Positions 1 through 9,081 of a DNA stretch of 64,000 nucleotides are shown here, piece after piece. Where the stretch lies: the NCBI GenBank assembly GCA_964396595.1, contig CAYNFR010000011.1, forward strand, positions 22,848-86,847. Direction: 5' to 3'. The notes beneath the pieces were generated by a model that was given only the letters and a program-made list of their open reading frames with translations, ran no database searches and was not told the origin of the DNA. The translations under genes and the position numbers were made by a program. Source of the DNA: an uncultured Saprospiraceae bacterium. Its GTDB lineage: Bacteria; Bacteroidota; Bacteroidia; Chitinophagales; Saprospiraceae. The number at the start of each line of letters is the position of its first letter. Position 1 is the first letter of the stretch.

Positions 1-2
1 AG

Positions 3-2285
3 AATAATCTGGCAGATACTTGTATCCAGATGATATCATTAATCGATACCATAGCGCCTATTATCAATAATTGTCCGACGGATATCATCGTAGATGGTGG
101 CCGCCAGTCGGTGACATGGAGCAATATTAATGCAAGTGACAATTGTGGCTTCACAGTGAGTTATAGCATTGCCAATGGAAGTATATTTGAGGTCGGTGTT
201 ACTACTGTGATTATCACGGTCATTGATAATTGTGGCAATAAGACGACTTGCAGCTTTACAGTGACTGTAAATCCTAATCCAGGTTCCGGACTCACGGTAA
301 ATTGTCCCAGTGAGGTCATGATTGATTGTGGAGCGACACATCAAGCGATTCCCGCACCAACGGCGGTATCAGATTGTCCGGCTTGCGAAAAACATGAGAT
401 TGCGGGATTCATTTACATGGGCAGCTATAAGGGGCATCTATATTACTGCAGCCGCGACCAGAGTACATGGCCAGAAGCAAAAGCAACAGCAGAAGCCCTG
501 GGAGGACAACTAGTGATCATAAATGATGCACAAGAAAATAATTTTGTCAAATCAATCTTCCAACTTGATGCCGCATGGATAGGCTTATCACGTAATCGAC
601 CGGCTAATACATTTAACTGGGTAGACGGCTCAGGCTTGACTTATACTAACTGGTATCCGGGTCAACCAAATAACTTTAACAACAAACAGGATTATGTAGA
701 AATACTCAAAAATGGTCAATGGAACGACCAGGACAACGATAAAAAACGTGAGTACATAGTAGAGTTTTCTTGTATCGATATTGTACAAATAGCAGGACCG
801 ACGCAGGTTAAAGACATTGATGGTTCCGCCTCAGTGAGCTTTGCCATAAAAGATGCCTGCGGCAATGTGGATACATGCACATATAATGTTACATTAAAAA
901 ATCAATTTAGCCTTGATTGCCCTGATGATTTCGTCGTCCATACTGAAAGAAATGAAGCAGTAGTTTATTGGAATCCTCCTACCTACAACACATGCTGTGA
1001 TGATTGTTATAATGGTGGCAATATCAACGGCTTCGTTTATATGGGTTACTTCAGAGGTAAGCACTACTATTGCTCACGCAGTAATTTTACTTGGCATCAA
1101 GCAAATCAAATGTCGCGCGACAATGGTGGAAACCTCGCCATTATCAGTTCTAAAGAAGAAAATGAATATCTCGCTCGACAGCTCGGCAATCAGATCGCCT
1201 GGATAGGCGTGTCTGACCATCAGACAGAAGACAAATGGCTAGATGTCAACGGCAAAACACACACTTTCTTTAATTGGCGCACGGGTCAGCCTAATAACCA
1301 CCAAAACATCCAGCACTATGTAGAATTAGAACCTACAGGGTATTGGAATGATAATGAGGGCGAATTTAAGAGAGAGTTTATCATGGAGATTCCGGGATGT
1401 TATCCTATCAGACAAACTTCCGGCAAGGCCAGCGGATCAGTGTTCGCGGTCGGAAGACACAAAGTTTCTTATGAAATCATTGACGAATGTGGTAACAAGG
1501 CTACTTGCGCATTCGAAATTACCGTAAATAAAAAAGATTCTAACAATAGTAACTATTGCTCATCCTACGGCATCAGTACCCACAGAACTTTCATCCGTCA
1601 AGTTCAGCTAGATAAATACGTCTTCAGAACAGACAATAATGGTGGTTATAGGAATATCACAAACCCATGCATCAATGTGGCACGAGGGTCAAAGCTTTCG
1701 GTCCTTACGCAACCTGGATTTACAACCCAGTTAGCATATCAAACTTATTGGAAGGTTTACATAGACCTGAATCAGGACGGAGACTTTGACGATGAAGGTG
1801 AATACCTCGGAAGAGGACGTACATTTAATGCCTTAAGAGGAGAGTTTAATATTGCATCACATGCAAAACTTGGCAAAACCACTCTTCGAATAGTCATGAG
1901 CCTCAATGATTACCCTGAGAGCTGCGGAGCTAACGCAGAAGGAGAAACAGAAGATTATTGTATCAATATCGTTAATACAAAATCAAATAACATCAATTGG
2001 TCATATACCACTGCCCTGCCCGTCGAAATGACAGAAATAGTCAGTTCAGATGTCACTATCACGCCCAATCCTGCCTTTGAGCAAGCCACGGTGTTCAATA
2101 GTACAGGAATCGCAGCTATTACCATTTTTAATGGCAACGGCCAGATTCATCTGAAAAGAGACTATTCTGCAAAGAACGAAATAGAAATACTGGATTTGAG
2201 CAATTTTGACAGTGGCATTTATATCGTCCAGGTAGCGGATGCTCTCGGAGAAATTACGACGAAGAAATTGATCGTCACGAAATAA
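3..2285 (+). CDS. T9SS C-terminal-sorted surface protein, 5'-partial, with HYR-like repeats, two C-type lectin-like domains and a GEVED domain. The ORF is open to the window edge.
   Basis: There is no stop between position 3 and the ATG at 30. HYR-like repeats match CP.D..V....V.W..P.ASDNCG...TC.F.V.V. Two CTLD-like segments read WIGLS...W.DGS...Y.NW..GQPNN...WND. A GEVED-like segment reads CGANAEGETEDYC. The C-terminal ~75 aa resembles a T9SS sorting domain (ITPNP...GIYIVQV...KLIV). Confidence 0.7.
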   Translation, partial: NNLADTCIQMISLIDTIAPIINNCPTDIIVDGGRQSVTWSNINASDNCGFTVSYSIANGSIFEVGVTTVIITVIDNCGNKTTCSFTVTVNPNPGSGLTVNCPSEVMIDCGATHQAIPAPTAVSDCPACEKHEIAGFIYMGSYKGHLYYCSRDQSTWPEAKATAEALGGQLVIINDAQENNFVKSIFQLDAAWIGLSRNRPANTFNWVDGSGLTYTNWYPGQPNNFNNKQDYVEILKNGQWNDQDNDKKREYIVEFSCIDIVQIAGPTQVKDIDGSASVSFAIKDACGNVDTCTYNVTLKNQFSLDCPDDFVVHTERNEAVVYWNPPTYNTCCDDCYNGGNINGFVYMGYFRGKHYYCSRSNFTWHQANQMSRDNGGNLAIISSKEENEYLARQLGNQIAWIGVSDHQTEDKWLDVNGKTHTFFNWRTGQPNNHQNIQHYVELEPTGYWNDNEGEFKREFIMEIPGCYPIRQTSGKASGSVFAVGRHKVSYEIIDECGNKATCAFEITVNKKDSNNSNYCSSYGISTHRTFIRQVQLDKYVFRTDNNGGYRNITNPCINVARGSKLSVLTQPGFTTQLAYQTYWKVYIDLNQDGDFDDEGEYLGRGRTFNALRGEFNIASHAKLGKTTLRIVMSLNDYPESCGANAEGETEDYCINIVNTKSNNINWSYTTALPVEMTEIVSSDVTITPNPAFEQATVFNSTGIAAITIFNGNGQIHLKRDYSAKNEIEILDLSNFDSGIYIVQVADALGEITTKKLIVTK

Positions 2286-2308
2286 GTAAACTTTTGGAAA
2301 TCAATCTT

Positions 2309-2346
2309 AGCCTCTTGACTATCGTCAAGAGGCTTTTTTCTTTTAT
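2309..2346 (+). terminator. Rho-independent terminator after the T9SS lectin protein
   Basis: Hairpin agcctcttgac-tatc-gtcaagaggct is followed by tttttcttttat. Confidence 0.6.
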
Positions 2347-2441
2347 ATATTCAGCTATTGGAAGATAAAAAGATTCATGATTCATTGTTGTAGACTGATC
2401 GAATTTATTACGCATCTTTAGTCAATAATAAACAGTACTTC

Positions 2442-3179
2442 ATGATAGAAAAAATAGTTGGACAATCATGGATAAATATTCCTGCGATATTCAACGGCCC
2501 TCCCGGCTCAGCCAATGGAGGTGTTCTCATCGGTGCATTGGCATCCTTATTTAAGGGATCTTATGTCACAAGGTTATTTGCTCCCCCGCCCCTTGATACA
2601 AGAATGCTGATCCAAGCAAGCGATCATACTTCTGTAGAAGTCAAGCTGAAAGATAAAGTAATAGCCTCTGCCAAAGTTGAAAGTTTTGAGCCAGTTATCT
2701 TACCCGCCATAGGGCTGGAAAATGCAGAAATAGCTGCGAGAAAGTATGTTGGGCTTACGCCCCAATATAAATATCATCATTGTTATGTATGTGGAATGGC
2801 TCGACCCATCGCAGATGGATTACATATTTATCCGGGCAAATCAGATCTTGACGTGTATGCTGCGCCATGGTATCCCTTGGCGCAGCATGCTGATAAACAT
2901 GGGATCATCAAGCCAGAATTCATCGTAGGTGCGCTGGATTGTCCATCGGGTATTGCATGTATGGGTTCTCCCCCGCGGCTATTGATATTGGGAACAATGT
3001 GGGTAAAGATAGTGAACGATGCCCCCGTAGATAGTTATTATTATATCGTCTCGCGATGCGATGGTATAGAGGGTCGAAAATATTACGGAAGCTCAGTGCT
3101 TTACGATAGAAATGACAGGGAGATTGCGCATTCAAGATCAATATGGATTGAGATAAAGAATTTCGCTACAGAATCATGA
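2442..3179 (+). CDS. Hypothetical protein, possibly a degenerate tandem hotdog-fold (PaaI-like) protein. Translationally coupled to the downstream cyclase gene.
   Basis: FNGPPGSANGGVLIGALAS resembles a PaaI N..G.HGG..a.laD motif with H changed to N and D changed to S. A second GALDCPSG segment follows. The stop overlaps the next start (ATGA at 3176). I have no firm family match from memory. Confidence 0.35.
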   Translation: MIEKIVGQSWINIPAIFNGPPGSANGGVLIGALASLFKGSYVTRLFAPPPLDTRMLIQASDHTSVEVKLKDKVIASAKVESFEPVILPAIGLENAEIAARKYVGLTPQYKYHHCYVCGMARPIADGLHIYPGKSDLDVYAAPWYPLAQHADKHGIIKPEFIVGALDCPSGIACMGSPPRLLILGTMWVKIVNDAPVDSYYYIVSRCDGIEGRKYYGSSVLYDRNDREIAHSRSIWIEIKNFATES

Positions 3180-3910
3180 AAGCCAATATCCTCATAGGCG
3201 CACGTATGTACAGTGTTGATCTGGCGCTACCAATCGATATTAGCATCCCTTTAGTAGATCATCCCGATCAAGTAAAGTGCTTTCACGCACCTGATGTGAA
3301 ATTTACCCCTGTCATAAGTGGAAACTTCATCGGTGCAATTGAACAAGGCAGTCCCGTAAACTTTTATAATATTGCGGTCAATCCACACGGCAATGCTACC
3401 CATACAGAATGTGCAGGTCATATTTTTAATAATGGCTTAACCTTAAACAAAATCCCACATGTTGCGCATCAGATAGCCCAACTTATCTCTGTGAACATCG
3501 CTGATAAACCATGCATCTCAGAAAAAGACCTTGCCCAGCTCTCTATTGATCCACATGTGACAGCACTTATAATACGCACTCTTCCCAATCCATGCACCAA
3601 ACTCACAACAGACTACTCAGGCTCCTCCCCGTGCTATCTTGACATCTCAGCCATTTCTTTGATTAACAGCATCGGAATTGAGCATTTGTTGGTGGATATT
3701 CCAAGTGTTGATCCGGAAGAAGATGGCGGTGCACTTTCTGCACATAAGGCATTCTGGGCAAATGATGCCCAATTTCATAAGACCATTACCGAACTAATCT
3801 TCGTACCCGAGGACCTCATCGATGGATTGTATTTATTAAATTTACAATACCTCAATATTGCACTGGACGCAAGTCCCAGCAGACCGCTTCTTTTTAAGAT
3901 ACACGCTTAA
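3176..3910 (+). CDS. Cyclase-family protein, likely kynurenine formamidase (KynB-like)
   Basis: The HGNATHTECAGH segment resembles the cyclase-family HxGTHxDxPxH metal-binding motif with one extra residue and E in place of D. The gene sits directly upstream of kynureninase. Confidence 0.5.
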   Translation: MKANILIGARMYSVDLALPIDISIPLVDHPDQVKCFHAPDVKFTPVISGNFIGAIEQGSPVNFYNIAVNPHGNATHTECAGHIFNNGLTLNKIPHVAHQIAQLISVNIADKPCISEKDLAQLSIDPHVTALIIRTLPNPCTKLTTDYSGSSPCYLDISAISLINSIGIEHLLVDIPSVDPEEDGGALSAHKAFWANDAQFHKTITELIFVPEDLIDGLYLLNLQYLNIALDASPSRPLLFKIHA

Positions 3911-3942
3911 AACTCTGTAACGAATCATGTCAACAATCAAAG

Positions 3943-5214
3943 ATGTATAATAATCTATCCCTTACACATGCTAGACAGCTAGACACCCAAGATCCCTTGC
4001 GTGCTTATAGAGAAGCGTTTCTTATTCCGCTGCATCATGGACGAAATGCCATTTATCTCTGCGGAAACAGTCTTGGATTGCAGTGCCGAAATGTAAAAAA
4101 AGAAATAGAAGAAGTACTCCTTCTTTGGCATCATCGCGGGGTAGAGGGACATTTTGAATCAGATAATAACTGGATGGGCTACAATGAACGGCTCAAGCCA
4201 ATGCTCAGTAAAGTGGTAGGCGCAAAAGATTCTGAACTGGCAATCATGAATACCCTCACAGTCAATCTCCATCTATTGATGATGAGTTTTTATAAACCCA
4301 ATGCCGACAGATATAAAATTATCATAGAACAAGACGCATTTCCATCTGATACCTATGCTGTAAAATCGCAGTTACGCTATCATGGCTACCGAGCTAAAGA
4401 AGCATTGATCACTGTACGAACCTCAAGTAGCACCGATATATTAAGTATCGAAGACTGGAAACGTGTCATAGACGCCCATGCATCCGATACGGCATTGTTG
4501 ATCGCAGGTGGCATTAATTATTATACCGGACAGCTTCATGACATTGCTGAGATAACGAAATACGCACAGCAAGCCGGAATCATCGTAGGATGGGATCTGG
4601 CTCATGCCATAGGCAATGTTCCCCTATACTTACATGAATGGGGAGTAGATTTTGCGGTATGGTGTCATTATAAATATATGAATGCCGGCCCCGGAGCGAT
4701 AGCAGGCGCATTCGTACATAAACGTCATCATGGACGATCGCTGACTCGACTTGAAGGATGGTGGGGCAATCATGAAAAAACGAGGTTTCTGATGAGGGAC
4801 GAATTTGACCCAGCAGAAGGAGCTGAAGCATGGGTATGCAGTACACCGCCTACCTTGGCAATTGCACCACTCAAGGCATCATTGGAAATTTTTGACCATG
4901 CAGGCATGGATAGGATTATTGAAAAATCCAGACGTCTTACGGCTTATCTCGAGCAATTAATTTTAAATATTAATCATGATAGTATTGCCATCCTCAGCCC
5001 TACCGATCCCCAAAGTCGAGGCGCACAACTCAGTATCAAAATCCCCGGTGCCAATAAGCGCATCTTCGAGAAAATCAGCGATGTCGGAGTTATCTGTGAT
5101 TGGCGAGAGCCGGATGTAATACGAATGTCACCGTGTCCATTATACAATAGCTATGAAGATGCATGGCAGGCTGCTGACATCCTCCGTAGGGTATTGGCGG
5201 AGTGTAGTTCTTGA
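3943..5214 (+). CDS. kynU: Kynureninase
   Basis: Conserved kynureninase blocks are present: YLCGNSLGLQ, LLWHHRGVEGHF, DAFPSDTYAV, WDLAHAIGNVPL, DFAVWCHYKYMNAGPG. Length is 423 aa. Confidence 0.85.
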   Translation: MYNNLSLTHARQLDTQDPLRAYREAFLIPLHHGRNAIYLCGNSLGLQCRNVKKEIEEVLLLWHHRGVEGHFESDNNWMGYNERLKPMLSKVVGAKDSELAIMNTLTVNLHLLMMSFYKPNADRYKIIIEQDAFPSDTYAVKSQLRYHGYRAKEALITVRTSSSTDILSIEDWKRVIDAHASDTALLIAGGINYYTGQLHDIAEITKYAQQAGIIVGWDLAHAIGNVPLYLHEWGVDFAVWCHYKYMNAGPGAIAGAFVHKRHHGRSLTRLEGWWGNHEKTRFLMRDEFDPAEGAEAWVCSTPPTLAIAPLKASLEIFDHAGMDRIIEKSRRLTAYLEQLILNINHDSIAILSPTDPQSRGAQLSIKIPGANKRIFEKISDVGVICDWREPDVIRMSPCPLYNSYEDAWQAADILRRVLAECSS

Positions 5215-5608
5215 TGTGGGTGATTAATAGTAATTACGTGGTAATGTTCTGAAGGGATATCGTCTTATTTTTCGGATCTGTTAACAAGGATAAACTCTAG
5301 TTTGATCAAATCATTTCTGCGTTGATCTGCGATATCTGCGGGAGAAATAAATGCCCTCCGATCTTTCTGATGACTTCTTAATTGTGAATGCGAAACCAAT
5401 TAATTAAAGAGCTACCATATTATAGATACCCCCCCCTGCGATACTAAAATATTATGGCTTACGCCAATGCATACTTTTGACCACATAAAAAGGTAGCTGA
5501 TCAGCTTTATTTCTTGAAATTATTCATGAAGTTCGAATAATCCATCCGTGAAACTGTATGTTTATATGGCAAGATAGGTACGCAAAAACGCTCAAATAAG
5601 AGATTACC

Positions 5609-5899
5609 ATGAATAAATTAAAAAATATACATCCTGGTGAAATTCTTAAAAAAGAATTCCTAAAGCCAATGGGTATATCAGCTTACAATAAGTCGAAAGC
5701 AATAGGTGTGTCCCAGACATGGACAAGCTAAATCATAAAAGGCCGGAGAAGAATAACTACTGACACAGCATTAAGACTTTCAAAATTCTTTGGAAAATCA
5801 ATCCAATTTTGGTTCAGCCTACCAAACGACTTTGATCTAGTAGTAGAGCAAGCTAACATACAGAACGAGTTATACAAAATAAAAACTTGGAATCACTGA
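5609..5899 (+). pseudogene. higA: HigA-family (XRE-HTH) antitoxin with an in-frame TAA at 5729..5731. It is orphan, with no HigB ORF upstream.
   Basis: Translation gives MNKLKNIHPGEILKKEFLKPMGISAYNKSKAIGVSQTWTS*IIKGRRRITTDTALRLSKFFGKSIQFWFSLPNDFDLVVEQ... This matches HigA-family consensus (HPGEIL..EFL.P.GIS...LA..LGVS...IS.I.NGKR.IT.D.ALRL...FG.S..FW.NLQ). The stop falls at the consensus E/R/Q position. The two parts are in the same frame, so each is below the 60-aa ORF cutoff. Confidence 0.6.
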
Positions 5900-5949
5900 C
5901 CGTCGCAAAGTGCAACGCTATCAATTCTTTTAACCCCTGCTCCCCCTCA

Positions 5950-7653
5950 TCACCAACTCCGTCCTCCACCTCCACCAAATCCACCACCGACACTGCCGCC
6001 ACCTCTGAAACTGCCTCCTGACGATCCTTGAGAAGGTGGCGGGGTAAAGAAAGCACGCTCGATAGACTTGGGATTAAAGCCGTCCGAAAATTCCTTAAAT
6101 GTAGGCGTGCTACTGCGCATCGGACCACCCAACATCATGTGTGGTATATACCATGGAGGATAGCTCACCGGATATGAACCTGATCGCTCCAGCCATGATT
6201 TATCATGATCGAAAGCTATGACATAAGGATACATTTCAAACAAATAATCGGGATTTTCCTCTATTAATCTCGTCAAATCATCCGGATCGGGATGCCGAAG
6301 ATGCTTATATAAGCCTTTGAGATGATTGTGTAAGATTACTCCTTTGGAAGATTTCTTCGGTGGAAGAAAATGTATAATAAGACAAGACACACCCACAAGA
6401 ATCAAACCTATCCCTGCTATCAGTGCTCCTAATGCAGCAATCACGGATATTCCCAAGATGACCAAAAAGACAAATGCTGCAATCATCCAGCCGGTATGAA
6501 AAATCCGATAAGCTGCTTCATCATATAGCGCTCGACTGCGGATATCGCGTCGCACCTTGCCACCTATCGAAAATGTAAGGGAGTAAAACATCTCTTTCAG
6601 ATCGCGAAGTCTTACTCTATTCGATTTGGAAAATATCTCATTGAAAATCAGCACTTCGTAGTATTCTGCATCTGTTGGAAGAGATTCCACCCGCTCAAAT
6701 TCTGTTAGTTCAACTTCTGTTGATTGATAAATCCTCAAATTACCTCGTTGACCCCAGTAAGGTAGAAGTGCCATTATATCGCGATTATTGGCTCTGCCAT
6801 CATAAAAAGTTCCGATAAACAAGGGTGATTTCCCCACAGGTGGATAATGTTGAACCGCTATATCATCGATGTGTTGCTCCGCAGTCTGGTATAATCGACG
6901 CCATTGGGCGAGCAAGAACGAGGCTAAGGAGATGGGTAGAAGTACAGCCCATTTCGAAATTTTATCCAGTGTGGGGTTGCGCTTTTTAGATATTGGACCG
7001 ATAGGCACTTGGTCATTCATCAGCTCTTTCGGAATGACAATGGAAAGGCTCAATCCTTCTCTGGGTGCAAGCGGATAGGGCACTACCCCGGCAATTACAT
7101 TATTCTGATGGCTTAGATTTGGCATGTTGGTGACAGAGCTTGCAGGGCCGTAGCTCGCTTTGAAAGTATTGATCCTATTAGACCAGTCAGTAGGATATTT
7201 GTAGATAAACGATGCATTCTTGATCTCTATCGGCCAACCTACACCTATTACATTCCAGTAAAATTCATGATGATCTTCATAAGTCATGATAGCCCCTCTG
7301 ACACGATAGGATATCTCGTAAGTCTGAGTGCCTGTTACAAATTTATCCGGATCTCCAATCCTAATGGCGAGTTGATTCTTGTTGCCCTCAAGCTTAAATG
7401 GTGCCCCACTTACTTTGACGCTGCTAACGTCGATATATACCCTCTTTCCTTCCACCAGATAGCTCAGATCCACATCCCGGTAGATACCCCTCCGCTGTTT
7501 AAAAAAATTAATCTCTAAGTTCTCGACCACATCAAAGTAGCCTGATTCATTTTGCTCAATTAATACATCATATTGATTTATAAGAAAATCATCCTGAGCA
7601 CGCACCATAAAGGCGAGCAATATAAATAGAAGGAAATTTTTTAGTTTATGCAT
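5950..7653 (-). CDS. DUF2207 domain-containing membrane protein. It has a signal peptide, an extracellular domain, TM helices and a C-terminal Gly-rich tail.
   Basis: N-terminal signal MHKLKNFLLFILLAFMVRAQ, internal hydrophobic helices, and a C-terminal GGSFRGGGSVGGGFGGGGGRSW tail match DUF2207 architecture. Confidence 0.6.
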   Translation of the reverse strand: MHKLKNFLLFILLAFMVRAQDDFLINQYDVLIEQNESGYFDVVENLEINFFKQRRGIYRDVDLSYLVEGKRVYIDVSSVKVSGAPFKLEGNKNQLAIRIGDPDKFVTGTQTYEISYRVRGAIMTYEDHHEFYWNVIGVGWPIEIKNASFIYKYPTDWSNRINTFKASYGPASSVTNMPNLSHQNNVIAGVVPYPLAPREGLSLSIVIPKELMNDQVPIGPISKKRNPTLDKISKWAVLLPISLASFLLAQWRRLYQTAEQHIDDIAVQHYPPVGKSPLFIGTFYDGRANNRDIMALLPYWGQRGNLRIYQSTEVELTEFERVESLPTDAEYYEVLIFNEIFSKSNRVRLRDLKEMFYSLTFSIGGKVRRDIRSRALYDEAAYRIFHTGWMIAAFVFLVILGISVIAALGALIAGIGLILVGVSCLIIHFLPPKKSSKGVILHNHLKGLYKHLRHPDPDDLTRLIEENPDYLFEMYPYVIAFDHDKSWLERSGSYPVSYPPWYIPHMMLGGPMRSSTPTFKEFSDGFNPKSIERAFFTPPPSQGSSGGSFRGGGSVGGGFGGGGGRSW

Positions 7654-7859
7654 AGTGTGCGTATTAGTAATGCTGAAGCTAAGATACTACCGGGACAGTA
7701 AAAAGCATATAATTAATCGACCGAGTGAAATTGATCATCGATCCACACTTTTTGTGTACCACTATTCGGTTGCTATAGGTTTCTGACTTTGATACAATTC
7801 AATGCCGTAATTTTGGACATCCTACCTTTCAGGAAGCGATTATTGTTGTGATATGCAAC

Positions 7860-7878
7860 CTTGGGGCGCTGCCCCAAG
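7860..7878. other. GC-rich hairpin (cttgggg-cgctg-ccccaag) between the lytic transglycosylase and DUF2207 genes. It may be a terminator but lacks a clear U-tract.
   Basis: Perfect 7-bp inverted repeat with a 5-nt loop in an otherwise AT-rich spacer. Confidence 0.25.
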
Positions 7879-8001
7879 CTGAATTAATTAAGCCATTAAG
7901 GCTATTTTATAATCAGTGATACATCTGAAATGGATAATCACATGTCAAAGCAGAAGGCATGAAATGCCTGACTAATTTCTCCATTAGTTCCCTACCCCTA
8001 G

Positions 8002-8907
8002 CTAGGTACGTGGTACTCTGACTTTATACTTATTAGACACTACGGTGAGGCTTCCTTGTCTCAACCATGGGTTGTATCGCTTGATATCTCGGTAGGTCAC
8101 TCCATACTCGGCAGCAAAGTCACCCCAGTTATTTACTGTTTTATTGACTTCCACCTCGTAATAATCATCTAGCGCAGGATACAACTCTTCGGGATAGACA
8201 TAATAACCAAAAGCCTCGGGATTGGACATTATTTCTTTGATCGCTATCAATCTGAACACATATCTAGAAGTCTCTTCATTGAGGTTCATATTGTAAAAGC
8301 TTTTGCCTCTTTGAGCATCGAGTTGTTTAGAATAATTGCCCGGGCCAGTGTTATATGCAGCGGCAGCATCCGTCCATGTCCCATATCGCTTTTTTAGCCA
8401 TTTGATATATTTCGCAGCGGCACGAGAGCTTTTCTCGATGTGATATCGTTCATCAACTTGTTCGCCGATTTCTAGACCATATTCTTTGCCTGAGGCTTTA
8501 AGAAACTGCCAGTATCCACATGCGCCTGCATACGAACACACCTCCCTCAATCCACTTTCTGCCACGGCTAAATATTTAAAATCATCCGGTACACCTTCTT
8601 CACGTAAAATACTCTCGATGATCGGAAAAAATCTATTGGCAAGCTTTAATGATAAAATGGTACTCGAATGAAAATATGAATTAGAAAGCAACTCCCTGTC
8701 GAGACGCTCTCTGGCATCTGCTGAATAAGGGACAAGCTCCCCCGCCCAGTCAAATTGCCTATTGATGTTCGGCGCTCTGACCACTTGCGGTAAAGAAGTA
8801 TTAAATGTGGTCGGAATGGCGTCTTTTTCCCCCGCAAAGGTGGCGAAGATCATTCCTGAGAAAACTAAACTTAATACAAGGCCTATTCTTAAAAGGTTCT
8901 TTTCCAT
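8002..8907 (-). CDS. Lytic transglycosylase (SLT domain) with signal peptide
   Basis: SLT catalytic motif AESGLREVCSYAGACGYWQF matches E-S...S.AGA.G.MQ. AYNTGPGN is also present. N-terminal signal peptide. Confidence 0.75.
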   Translation of the reverse strand: MEKNLLRIGLVLSLVFSGMIFATFAGEKDAIPTTFNTSLPQVVRAPNINRQFDWAGELVPYSADARERLDRELLSNSYFHSSTILSLKLANRFFPIIESILREEGVPDDFKYLAVAESGLREVCSYAGACGYWQFLKASGKEYGLEIGEQVDERYHIEKSSRAAAKYIKWLKKRYGTWTDAAAAYNTGPGNYSKQLDAQRGKSFYNMNLNEETSRYVFRLIAIKEIMSNPEAFGYYVYPEELYPALDDYYEVEVNKTVNNWGDFAAEYGVTYRDIKRYNPWLRQGSLTVVSNKYKVRVPRT

Positions 8908-9081
8908 TCTTTAATGCTTTGATTACACTATAGCACAATCTGTTCCAAAGTGTTATATATTACGAATTAATTACATATTTAATTAAAATCTCTTCTCGCT
9001 ATACACATCCGATCTTTTGCGCATATCAGAACGACATAAATAAATCAATTATTTAGCTTCTACTACAGCTAATACCTTTCT

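Noticed and set aside
5215-5608. Search for a HigB/RelE toxin upstream of the HigA remnant
   Set aside because: Six-frame reading of the gap gives only short peptides, for example an 18-aa MPSDLSDDFLIVNAKPIN, with no RelE/HigB-like C-terminal motif. I report it as an orphan antitoxin rather than calling a toxin.
5853-6128. 91-aa minus-strand ORF overlapping the 3' end of the DUF2207 gene
   Set aside because: It lies in an alternate reading frame over the GC-rich poly-Gly-coding repeat at the DUF2207 C-terminus. It has no independent signals and I treat it as a low-complexity artefact.
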